From contig CM069166.1 in the NCBI GenBank assembly GCA_035221665.1, forward strand, positions 558,001 through 622,000: a DNA stretch of 64,000 bases, in the 5' to 3' direction. The notes under the pieces are model-generated. The model made no database searches and was not told the DNA's origin. It saw only the letters and a list, made by a program, of their open reading frames with translations. Positions 50,001 to 64,000 of this stretch are shown piece after piece; the stretch's first letter is position 1; each line of letters begins with the position of its first letter. The position numbers and the translations under genes were made by a program. Source of the DNA: Okamejei kenojei. Taxonomy: Eukaryota.

Positions 50001-52197
50001 AGTGACTTGTGTTTGGAGAGCACACTTCCCTCATTTCAAAGCTTTGGTTTCAAACCATAGTCCATTTTGAATTCCTTTCATATTTCAAAGTAGTTGTGTT
50101 GGTAAATATTTCACTTTTGACTATTAGTGCTTGGGTTTGTTGGGTCGGTAGGGGGAGAGTAAAAGGTTTACAAGTCTATAAACAAGTCTTTTGAAATCTT
50201 GCATGAATTTCTGTTCAACGGCATGAAGGGATATGGGATAATGTACATAAAGGCTCAGTAACAGAACAGGCCAATGATGTCTGCGCTGGTATTCACTTGG
50301 CCCACTTCCTGTTTCTTCAACTCCCTCCAGCTTCCCGCCCCTACTTGCGATAGGTGCAGCTCAAAGGTTTTTAATTGATATCCCATTGATAAGTTAATGT
50401 GAAAATCATCTGTAATTGTACGGATACCATATTTGGTGGTGGTTGTGCATATTTCCTGTTAAGGTATATTCCAATTAACAGTGTGGTTCAGTGTTAAAGA
50501 GACGATTGGAACAGAAATAAAATAGTTTTAAGAACTTTTAAAGTTTGGTTCATGTCGTACAGTCATCCCTATGCCCCATTCTGGTGTGCATTCATTTCTT
50601 CCATTATCCTGCCCCCCCTTTCCCTTTTCTCCATCTCCTTCTACCTACATCCCAACCTCTTCCTTCACATTTCACTTAACTGGCAGCCTGTTGTCTCAAT
50701 TTTCACCCCTAGCCTTTGTCTACCCATCTACCAATCAGCTCACCTTGCCTGTATCTAACTAACACTTGCCAGGCTTGTCCCCACCTCTGTTCAAGCTTTC
50801 TCCCCTGTTACCTTCAATCCCAAGAAGGTCCTGATCCATAACGTCATCTATCCACATCCTTCAGGGATACAGTTGGACCGGCTGAGTTACTCCAGCACTC
50901 TTTTGTCGACCAGTATCTGCAGTTCCTTGTTCAATGTCAAAACATGACAGTCAAGTTGCATTGAGCCATTGTGAATTTAAAAGAAGCCAATTCCCCATTG
51001 GAGTTAAATAGAAGTGTTATTTTGCTAATGTAAGGCAAAATGAGGTTTCACGCATTTGAAACCTGCTTCAAAATGGATTCTGTTAAAGATTAGTTTTGAA
51101 GTTTCTATACTAATACGTTTTGGGGGTTTAAAGTCATAGTTCATGTGAAATTGCAGTTTTGAGTATTATGCATCACAGTATTTATCAGGCATAATGTATG
51201 CCTGAAGAAGGGTCTAGCCCTGAAATGTCACCCATTCCTTCTCTCCAGAGATGCTGCCTGTCCCACTGTTACTACAGCTTTATTTTAGGCAAAATCTATT
51301 GCTGCATCTAGGCTAGTTGTGTCAGATCTGATATAATATGAAGGTTGATTCTGCCCTACTGAGGTTGAACAGAGCCTGTCATTCTGTTGGTGTTCGGGCC
51401 TCATTCTCAACCTCCCAGGAACAGATTGGTGAGCCAGGGAATGAGCTTGTGTGAGTCTGTACCAAACATAGAGCTTGGAAACTCCCCTGTTACATTGGTG
51501 TGAGGTTGGTAGTTGGAAGGGGAAATTTGGGCAACATTGTCGGAAGCAAGTGAAGCTTAAGCAATTAAACGGTAGAAAAACTGCAAATGTTTTGCATCAA
51601 TGAGCTTTCATCAGTCCTGGAAGCTTTTAAAGACTATAAGTCTAGTTTTGTTTTGCGTGAACAATCTAAGTTGATGAATACACAAAGCCAGATTAAAATT
51701 GGCACTGCCTACAGTCTCTGGCAACTCTAAATAGTGTCAAATCACAGCTTTCTCAACCAGTTCGATCTCAAAACACCACAAGAGCACTATTGATGTCTCT
51801 TTGTGTTGCAATATTGAGTGTAATTCACGTGTTGTCATTGAACTATTCTGGACTGCAGCAATGTGGTGCTGGGTGTGGGGACAGAAATGTGAGTGTTCCA
51901 CTCACACACCATACTAACCATATCAGGTTCTTTTGCACTGGATGGAAAATCTTTTCCCCGCACCCCTTTCCATTACTCTTTTAAAAGGTGCACGTCACAT
52001 GAATGCATGTGAGGTTAGTGAGTGCTAGTGTAGTTAGCTGGTTTAAATTTCTCTTTAATGTCAATAAACAGCTGAGAAAACCAGCAGGCCAGGTTTCAGG
52101 CGAGCACAGACTTCCCCCGAGGTAACACACTGTGCTTGCTCTATTGTTTACACAGCACCACCAAAGTGGTTCAGCTTTATTGCAGTCACGTTAATAG

Positions 52198-52464
<267 letters not shown>

Positions 52465-54726
52465 TAGCTTCCTATTTACCTTCCATTGTAACAGTAATTG
52501 GGAAAAAAATAACTTTTGGCCCTCTGAAATTGTTTTATTCAAACAAGACTTGTCATAGAGGATGCTGATGAAATGTTCCTTTGAGTTGTGGCCTTGGTTA
52601 TCAAATATTCCCCTTGCTGACCAGAGTTAGGGGGTGGTGTTTGTGTGATATGGAGCCTGGGTGATGATAGCTGTCTTCCAGGACTGAGTTGGGGCTGTCA
52701 ACCCTGGATTCTAGACTTTAAGCTGCCCTTCCCCACCCCAGTGTCTGTCCCAACTCTGCATTGTTGTTTTTTGTGCAGATATCTTTAATAGGTAAAGGTG
52801 AGCTGTTCTGATGTGGAAGTATTATTGACCTGGGTCAAGGTGGTTTTCCCGTGACTCCTCCGTGGTTGTGTTACCACTCTCTGTTCATTTGCTTTGCATG
52901 AACTGCTCATTGGGCTTTCTGATGCTTGAACTATGTAGTGAGGTGGTCACTGTATCAAGTGTAGCGTTGCATCTGTATCAAGTGTAGCATTGCACCAGTG
53001 CACTCGACTGCCCTATCAACGCCTGGCCATCTTAACTCTTTCATAGATGTGATCATTAACAGTGATAGTAGGGAACATCAACTCAGGGCAATGAACATGG
53101 AGTGCATTTTGAGCTTTGAGTTGGGATTCCTCTGCAGGGTAGTGCAATTACAGTAAGCAAAACATCTTAGAGCCCAGAGACATTTTAGTACACAGAACCC
53201 AGTCTGAAGAAAGGACTTGACCTGAAACGTCATCCATTCCTTCTCTCCAGGAATGCTGCCTGTCCCGCTGAGTTAATTCAACTTTTAGTGTCTCTTCAGA
53301 ACATTTTGGAGTTAGCTATGCTTTCAGAAGGGGGCATGGTGCATCACTGTGTGGTTGAGTTACTGACCTTTGAGGCAGCAGGTCAAATAACTTTGTTGTT
53401 TTACAGGATTACTGGGTTGAGATTGGAAGTGTGCTGCTGGGGAGATGGTTTAGGCTGAGAACTGATGCATGGTGTAGTGTCTTTTCTGAGCTTCATGCTC
53501 CTGCACAGCCACAAGGCCGGCGTTCAGCCTGGCTTGAATTTGAGGATCCCACATTTTCACTCAAGTGTGTTTTGTGAAGAAACTGAATTACTGCTGTTGA
53601 ATCTTGTAACAAAAAATTCCTAGCATAAAGCAGAGGCTCTTTAAATCTTCGAGTGGCAACAGAAACTCTTTATTTAAAGATAATCTCTGCGAGAAAATGT
53701 TTGACCTTTGCTACCACTTTCTCATGATTATAGTTTGAGCTCAAAGTAACCTGATTCGTAGCTGTGGATGGTTGAGATTGCTAAATACAATAAAAATGCA
53801 GTTAGTTCTGCTCTGTCGAAACCTGCTTGATTGATAATGTGGAACAGCTTCCAGTGAAGGTGGTTTTGTGAAATGACTCTCCCCTCCACCTCCGCTGCAA
53901 GATAGGCTTGAAGTGCAGGAAAAAATACCTGCTGCTTGCAGGTCCATACAGGCCAGCTCCCTGGGAAGTGCACTGTACCACATGCAGCAGGCAGGTGGGA
54001 TGGCTGTCTCGACTCCAGACTGGAGCCGGAGGCCCACAGCAGTGTGACTTGCCTGCAATATGCAATCCCACTAAGTGGCAGCACAAGTTGTTAGTGGACT
54101 GGACAGAACAAGTTAAATTAGTGTTTACGTATTTATGAATCACAGGAAGGCGTGGTAGGGCACAGGTTGGTATTTATCAAATATTTCAATATTTTATCAG
54201 CTGAGGTATTCAATTTAGGAACATCCAGTTCTTGGTTGGAAACCGGAGCTCCGCTTCGAAACCAATTTCCAAGCAGCATGTGGACCTCCTCCCTCAAAGT
54301 ATATTAGCAGGTAGCTCTTAAGAAACAATCCTGTGCAAATGTTAAAGTTTCCCCATGGTTCCAGCAAGCAGACTGTGGAATGCTGCAGTCTTATTTCTAC
54401 CCCCTCCTGCTTTTCCCAAGAAAACCACCCTTTGGGGGTGAGCCTGAGGGCTTGCACATGATGGCGTTGGTTCTGAATTGAGCTAGATAGCTGCCACTAA
54501 GTTACTATGCCATATCCATTTGCTATTGGAGGGACAGTGTAATAGCTGGAGAGAGCTATGGGCTGTCATCATCAATTTTTTTTGAATCCTTGGTTATTAG
54601 AAGAGAATCTTGGGCTGCACTGTTTCAGGCAAGCTTGTGGTCTCAGTGGTGTTTGTCTTTGGAATCGAGTGTTTTTGGTTTGCATGTAGCATGTGTTTAA
54701 TGAAATTCCACACCAATGCAGACTGA

Positions 54727-55228
<502 letters not shown>

Positions 55229-56293
55229 TGTTACATGGCAGGTTTACAATGTCAAATCCTCTCCTGGCCATGTACAAAGGCAGTTGCACTGGAAAAACTA
55301 AATTGCTTGCTTTACACTCGACTGAAGATGTTTGAGGCTAAGTGCGAGTAAATAATAATTGACAGTTAACTATGTTGGGGTTTATTGTGACGTGTACTGT
55401 GGTGCAGTGAAAAATGTTTGTATACTATCCAATTAAATCTGATAATAGTCTACCCATATACAATCAAACCAAGATAGTGCACTGGGTAGAAATAGAGTAC
55501 AGAATTATTATTGTCTTATTGTCCCAAATTAATTTCTGAAGAAATGGCGGGTTATTGCTTTGAGTAAAATGTGGTATATCTATGGGTAGTTTGTGTACCA
55601 CCAGGGTCACTTCATGCGTAATGCCGCCTCCTATACGTTAGTCAACTGAATCATAAACAGCCAGTTCCTTTCTCTCATCCCCTTGGCAAGGATCTGCCAG
55701 ACTGTCAAATGGTAGTCGACCCATAAGCAAAATAAAACATCTGTGACTGTACAGAGATTCAGTTTGTTGCTTTGACCTTACAGAGCACTGTTACCTCTTA
55801 AAGTAGGCTGAGGAAATTATTATATTCAATGCAAGATGCTTGTATTTTCTAGCTACTTATTCTCCTGAATCTCGGTCATCTCTGTCACAGCTAATGCCCT
55901 TTATGCAATTCCCATTGGCAGCCTGCTTAAAAATGTCTTATCTACTAATGGATCATTGTTGCACGGGTCCTAAGCATTGCAGCTCCCAATCTGCATTCCT
56001 AATGTGCAGCGCAGCAGGTCTGTGGCATGATGATTTTAAACGGCCATATTTTAGTGGTCAGTCCTTCCCTGTGGTTCGGTACAGTTATTCAGCTTTTGAC
56101 TTTGCAGTTCCATTTGCACATGATTAATGCAGGTGTCTTCTTCTAGATCGCAGCTATATTCCGTATCAGAAGTAAGCTTAGTTTTCCATCTTGCATCCCC
56201 TTGTTCCCTTTCCCAATGTTTATATTCTTAGTGTAGCTAGATGTTTGGGGTTTGTATTGTAAGTCGAATAACATAACTCTGAGATGTTATTAA

Positions 56294-56497
<204 letters not shown>

Positions 56498-57034
56498 TGA
56501 GTCGCACTTTCGCAAACAAACGGGAAAAGACCCCAGGCTACAAAGTTAATACCTTTTCTTTCTTGGCTCAAAGTACCGATTAAAATCATCACCAGCCTGC
56601 TTATTGGGGAAGATATTCTTGGTTTGATCATTTCATCAAATTGTTACATTTCTATTGAAGGAAATTGAGTAAACCTTGTAATGAAGAAAATCTATTGAGA
56701 TGAGTAACAAGCTTTAAGGATTTTTAGAAGCTGGACTACATAGCTGATTTTGTCGTGTGTTTAACAAGCATGAGGAACTTGAGGTTCAGTAGTACTTTAT
56801 TGCCACATGTACCTAGATACAGTGAAATTCCTTTGCATACTGTTCAGTAAAGATCTTGCTCTACATGGGTGCAATCATAATTAAGAGTAGATTACACTGA
56901 GACACAAATCGCCACATTTCTGGCACCATTTTGTGTGATTCAAGTCCAAAGTTTTAAAATAGTCTTAGAATACTTCTTTAATGAATTGCTCTTCTGGAAT
57001 GAAGAATTGCATGTAAAATAATAGATTTTAATAG

Positions 57035-57235
<201 letters not shown>

Positions 57236-58243
57236 TGACCTGCGCTGTCGTCTGCTTGAAGCCACGGCAGTAAGTGGGAAGCTACAGATGATCCTGTTGG
57301 AGGGAGGCTGTGAAGTGGAGCAAGTGCATCCTGCTTATGGTGGAGCCGTGCTGAGAAATGCACCACCCAATGCAATGTTGTGGTTCACCTTGAACGAGGG
57401 GCAGCAATAGGTCTGCTGTAACTGATCAAATTATTCGCAAAAGCAGAGAACTAGGTTTTCTTTTTAATAGCAAATAACAGTGGCAACCGACATAATGTTG
57501 TTAGACCCAGTGAATGGGATTGGCATTGTATCACACATCAAAATGGAATTGAAGTAATTTAAGGTTTTCCAAATAGTCACTATGCAAGTTGCGGTAACAT
57601 CTGTTCACTTCATAAATCAGATGGTTATCAGTGGCCATGTCAACTATTGTCCTTGCAGCGCATTAATGGAACAAAGGCAAAGCTGAATATGTAAATTATA
57701 AAATCTATCGGCATAAAGCTTTCCTATGAATATTTCATGGGGATAGGTACAGCAGATTCTATGGTGCCATAAGGAATTGGGATCTAAATCTGATTATTCC
57801 TTGGGAAAAAAATGCATTTTTGTTGGTGAATGTTTTGCTGCGCTTATAAATTTGTTGTGGAGATGTTTTGGGCATTTTTGGGATGTTTTAATGCTTATTG
57901 TTATCTCATTAGTATAACAGCCGCTATAAGGTCCCACTCCCTGCAACTCTCGGTTCCATGCAAGGAGACAACTTGTAGTGTTTTAGTAGAACTGAGACCA
58001 CACCTGGAGTATTGGTATAATTTTGGGTTTATTCCTCTTAAAGGAATATCTGGGCATTTGAGCCAGAAGATCTGAAGAAGGCTCTCGACTCGAAACATCA
58101 CCTATTCATTTTCTTCAGAGATGCTGTCTGACCCATTGAGTTCCTCAAGTTTTCTGTGTCGATCGTGTATTTGAAGACTGCTTCCTTGGGTAGCAGGCCC
58201 AGCATATGAAGAGTTGGCATGGCCTCTGCACTAAGGTGTAGAA

Positions 58244-58689
58244 CCAGGGTCAGCAACCTTGTTCTGCACAGGGGCCGGGACGCAAGTCTGTGAGCGGATG
58301 GCGGGCCACATCTATCACGTGTTCACATGGATCCTGCCCTGGATGGCAGGCATCAAATCACGTGTTCACAGAAGATAGACGGAAATGCTGGAGAAACTCA
58401 GTGGGTGAGGCAGCCTTATGCAATCCTTGCATGTCTCACCTGCTGAGTTTCTCCAGCATTGCCTTTGATTTTTCCAGCAACAGTAGTTCTTTCTTAAACG
58501 TGTTCACAGAAGGTGCGAGGCCGTGCCGGCGGCTTTGCATAGGAAGTGGTACAGCCAGAGCTCGGCCACACGCTCGGGGCTTGTGCTTGGCGGGCCAGAT
58601 GATTACAAGGAGAAAAATCTGCCTGCGCGCCGGATGATTTTGTGTTGCGGGCTGCATTCGGCCCGGGGGCTGTATGCTGCCGACTCCTG
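58244..58689. mobile_element. hAT (Charlie-like) non-autonomous DNA transposon
   Basis: Ends CAGGGTCAGCAAC and GCTGCCGACTCCTG; flanks gtgtagaa / ctttagaa fit an NTCTAGAN-type 8-bp target; internal gcgggcc motifs. Confidence 0.7.
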
Positions 58690-59428
58690 CTTTAGAAAAA
58701 TGAGGTGACCTGGCTGAAATGCACAAAATCGGATTAATTGGGGCAGATAGTGGGAGTATTTACAGGGCTCCTGGCTAGAACCGGGAACCAAAAGTTTAAA
58801 ATTAGGGTTTAAGGGTTAGCATGAGGGAAAAATTAACAGGGTGGTAAATTATTGGAAATGTGAAACATTGGGGGCTGGAGCATCTGTCATTGACTTCATT
58901 GAGAGCTGAGATTTGGAGAACTTTGAGAATAAGGATACAGGTCAAGATGGGGCAAGGAGTGGTGTTTGAGAGACCAGTGTGATCTCTTTGAAAGACCTGG
59001 TAAATTCAAAGGCCTCAACGGCATGCTCCCATTTCAAACCTTTTTGATGACATGGTTACGGTTTGAAGCAAAAGTATTGATGTTCAATGGAGCTTCTGTG
59101 TTCTGAAATATTTGCTAGCAAGTGTCCACATGTGATGTAATTGATGTGAGCACATTTGCATCAGGGAAAGTCCAAGATGGCTTGTGTTAAATAACATATT
59201 GACTAGAAGTCTGAACTGCTAGAAGTCCTGCGTTTCAAGGGGTGTGGCACCCTCACTGCGATTTAATGACTGCATGTCCTTGACTGCACTTTACACAGTG
59301 TTTGCTGAGGTTACTTCCCCATCCACTCTTCCATGCACACACCATGGTCTTTAATTGTATTTGTGTGAATGGCTTTCTCTACTTTCACCCAAAAATGAAT
59401 GATAATTAAACTTTTCAGCTGTAAATGA

Positions 59429-59728
<300 letters not shown>

Positions 59729-60193
59729 TAAGACGTTTTAATATTTGCTCCCCGCCATATTGCTCAAGGTTGGAATCTGATCTCAAGCTGCTTTGTGCAC
59801 ATTGCACTTCTCTTAGCTGCAAGCCAGTTTCAGTCTGCATGGGCAATATGAGCAAGCTGTTTCTCTGCTGGTGAATGGGGATGTGATCTTGCCCAAGTCT
59901 GCTCCATGGACATCTGGAGATCTGGTGGTGATCAAGACGTTGAACCTTGGCCCCCTATACATTCTTGCCTAACCTCATGATGTTGAGGCTGCTGTTAATG
60001 GAGTGGCTGATTGTGGGGAAAGCTCTAGAGGCTGAGACTGAAATACGATTCATTGCAAGCTGTTAACTCGAGTAAATGAGTTGGAAATTTAATTTGACTG
60101 TCACAATAATTGACACATATTGCCTTGCTTTTCTGCATTCTTATGGTCAAAATTGATTTGGACCAGAGCACACTACGTTTCCCCTCCCTATAT

Positions 60194-60482
60194 GGGTGGC
60201 ACAGTGGTGCAGCAGTTGAGACGCACACTGCCTTGTCGTGCCAGAGGTGTCGGTTTGATCCTGACTGGGTGCCATTTGTAGGAAGTTTGTACCTTTGGTG
60301 ACCACATGGGTGTTCTCCCGTTGCTCTTTTTCTTACTCGCACATACGAAAGACGTGCAGGTTTGTAGGTTAATTAGGTTCTTAATTGTCCTTGGTGTGTA
60401 AGAAAGAACCAGTAGAAGGGTGATCACTAGTTAGCGTGGAGTTTGTGGGCCAAAGCGCCCGTTTCCATGCTGTATGCTTAAA
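60194..60482 (+). mobile_element. HE1-like V-SINE
   Basis: ggcacagtggtgcagc head, V-core, CR1-type tail. Confidence 0.8.
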
Positions 60483-62710
60483 TTCTGGTCGAGTTTGTTC
60501 CACATTTAGCGTCTTGCACCGGTGGTTTGGGGAAATCACTGGTATGGATGTCAGAATCTGCTGCAATGGATCAGCCAAGATTTCCATTGTCCAGTTATGG
60601 TACGGTTGCTGGCATTGAGTTAACTATTTTCCCCAGTTCTCGTCATTTGAAATTAATGATCAGGCACAGAAGCTTATTTTCTTAGGCTGATAGCTGAAAA
60701 ATTTGAAATTAAAAATGGTGTTGGGTATTTGGCAGATAGGGTATCCCCTGTGGAGAGAGAAATTATTGAGATTTTGAGTTGATTCTTCCAGCTATTTCAC
60801 TTACTGACTAACATTTTCCAGTTTTTAATAAATCTGCTTTGCAATCCAATTGCATAATGCTGTCTTTTTCAGCAATGTGATTCAGAATCATTTCTTTCCA
60901 CAGATGTTGTAACAATCACTTCTGTTACTCAGGTTATCACATGTGTATCATTTCTGTGCCTTCGACATGATTTGTTGATTCCAGGCCATGGGTCTTTGCA
61001 ATTTAGCGTTTCTTTTGGAGCATTGCAAGGAATAACCTGGACTGTCCTGAGGATGACGATTTAACTTTCCAAGAGCCACCTGGCCTTCCAAACCTAGTGT
61101 CAGGCAGTGGGTAATGTGTTGGCAAGGATCCCTTCCATTGCCTCTAGACCTCACTGCATCCATGCCACTCCTTCTCAATGCAGTTTAGTTTATTGACACG
61201 TGTACCGAGGTACAGTGAAAAGCTTTTTTTGCATGCTAACCAGCCGGCAGAAAGACAATACAGGATTAAAATTGAGCCATTTGCAGTGTCTATATACATG
61301 ATAAGGGGATGACGTTTAGTGCAAGGTAAAACCAGTAAAGTCCGATCAGATCGTCCAAGGGTCCCCGATGAGGTAGATCATAGCTCTCTGATTACTGTAG
61401 CATGGTTCGGTTGCCTGATAGTTGTCTCAGCACTGACCCAATGGGTCCACTGGCATCCAACCATCCTGACATGACAGCAGGATGCTCTCCACGTCTGTAA
61501 GGGTTTGTAGGTCCTTATTATGGATGGCTATTGGCTCAGTGCAGAATTAAAGCATCAATTCCCATCAGGCCAATTTTGATATTTTTTCACATCAAGTCTC
61601 TCAACATTGAGAAACTAATTAGATGAATTACTTCAGAGGGGTTTTTGTTCCAGAATCTGGCACTCGGCTGTAAGCCAGACCAGAGCTTTGTGCTATTTGA
61701 CTCCACCGGCAGGGTGTGTGATATTTTTAAGGAGTTGGAACCTTTGCTGCTACCGACTGAAAATGGAGTTGCCATACATGCTTGTGTTGGAGGAGATCTT
61801 TTCCCCGATTAGCCTCGACCTTTCCATTGCATTAGCATGAACCCACTTAAAACCACACTGACATTTGCGCAGAGCAGAAAATGCAGTGGTTGGGCACAGT
61901 ACATTTTGCATCTTTACACTGCTTCAGAATGTGATCTGATTATTTTGATTACTTGACCTTCATTTTGTTTTGCTAGATGAAAATCTAATCTTGGTCTGAC
62001 CTGTACCCTGTGTAGTGATGTGTTAGATGCACAGTTCGGCTAATTTTGTAAACCTGCCTTCATGCTTCGAGTTGGCTTGATTGTCACTCTGCACACCAGG
62101 CATTTCTTCAGCTGGGCAATTGGGAGACAAAAAGTACAAATGTTGCAAGATGTCCACAAAGTAACTCTAAACATTGTCAGTAACTCTGGAGGTGATCGTT
62201 GTGTAGTTACCGCCACCATCTACAGTGGAATTCAAGCAGCTTCTGGGCATTGATCCTTTAAATTGTGACATCTTTTTGTAAAATGACTTGGGTTTTTATA
62301 GCATTATTTCAAAATCGTCTTATGAGCCAGCAAGTCTGACAACTATTATTTCCCCACCATATCTTCTCTTGAAGAGACCGCTTCTTGTAAATGTAAATGC
62401 CTTCACGCTTGCTCTAAAAGGCCAGTTCTATTTGAGAGTCTGGTCTGCGATGGTATTTTTTGCTGTGCAGGCTGTTGGGTGAATGCTCATGTGTTGCTGT
62501 TTTCAGCTGGGTTCATTGGAAAGGAATGGCAATGGAATTGCGTCCCTTCCAATTCCAGCCCAGGAAGTCATGTCCTTGTCATGGTTTTGATTTTATGTGG
62601 GACACAGGAATTGACTAATAGTCTCATGTGATGCAGTAACCCTGCAGGCTGATCTCAATATTTGTTACATTATTAACTATTTTCCTATTCCCTTCAGAGA
62701 TGGAGACTAA

Positions 62711-62872
<162 letters not shown>

Positions 62873-64000
62873 TGAGTGAAATGCTCTGGGAAGCCTTCAA
62901 CTCATTAAACATCCAGTCATTGTGCCCAACAAGTATATTTTAAGACCAAACAAAGCTCTACACTTCACAAACTTTGAGAGTTGTAGCTGATTATAAAACT
63001 GCCACTATGCCTGGAAAATGACACGTAAGGAAATGGAGCATTCTCTGTAACGTGGGTGTGTTTCCATGAGGGCAGTTAACGTCTCTCTAGGTGGGGGAAT
63101 TGGAACATTTCTGTGTGGTGTCGCTGGTTCATCTAACCCCATTTCATAAACAAAACTAGGTCTCCAAGCATCAGTTTACTTGTTGTAATAGTTTTTTAAG
63201 AGCATTAAATACTTTGGGCAGTGAGATATTGCTCCTCCACTTCTCACGTGGCAATCCTGACACCTTTCCTGTACCGGTATGATGTGGGTAGAGGGGCCTC
63301 TGTGACCCAGTTTGACATCCACTGTGGCAAGTCTGAGGCGTCGCACCAAAATGTTGTGGGCTGTTGAGACGAGGGAAACTTCTCTGATAGAACGTCATGA
63401 TGCTGCTTATCTTGCGTAGGTTCCCTTACGTGACTGTCTGAGTAAATGTTCTGTGACCACAGACCTAGTTAAATAATCCAAGAGGCTTCCCTTAACAAAC
63501 CACACACCTTCCACACAGCTGCCCCCAAAATATGTTCTTGATCAGTCTGTAGAATTCTCGTGAAATACTTACATTTAATAGAATTTAAAATCATACAACA
63601 CAAACTATTTAAATGTCTTTCAACTGTCTCTCCATCCTCAACTTTAATCACATAACATGAGTAGAGGGCATCAATGTGTTTGATTCAGATCAGTTTGTCA
63701 TGTATGCAAGGATGCAATTAAATTGTATGCATGAAGCTGTGAGTGAACAACATGCATAGTAATAGATACAATGATAAATACAAATCTCAATTAAAGGTGT
63801 AAGATTGCAGTGCAATCCAAAGTAGTCTTTTAAAAAAAAAAGGTGCGATAATGGAATAAACGGGTGAGGCGGCACCTCTGGGAATGGGGTGTAGAAGAGG
63901 TGATTGGTTCGGGGGGGGGGGGGGGGAGAAAGCTGTTCCTAAGTCTGGGCAAGGCAATTCCTTACAGCTTTACATGTGCTGCTCTGAACAGTGGACTGAA

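Overview
Eukaryotic genomic DNA, inferred from its repeat families (HE1-type V-SINEs, HER1/CR1 3' ends, Deu-domain SINE) to be a cartilaginous fish, probably a skate or ray. The window holds the promoter and first 11 coding exons (+ strand, all GT-AG, 2057 nt, about 685 codons, frame open across every junction) of a ZSWIM4/5/6-family SWIM zinc-finger gene, most likely ZSWIM4; the gene continues beyond the window. Intron 2 is about 27 kb. The rest is mostly nested retroelements plus one 146-N gap. Two signals stand out. First, roughly 25-30 copies of a short Penelope-like repeat carry a minimal hammerhead ribozyme core (CTGAAGA-stem II-GAAAC-GTC); they occur as ~100-bp units with target-site duplications and as palindromic insertions, several in sense orientation inside the gene's introns. 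Second, the promoter is built from a ~50-bp degenerate repeat of alternating CCAAT and GC boxes ahead of a TATA box and Inr. Repeat family names come from recalled consensus sequences, not from a database search, and repeat boundaries are approximate.
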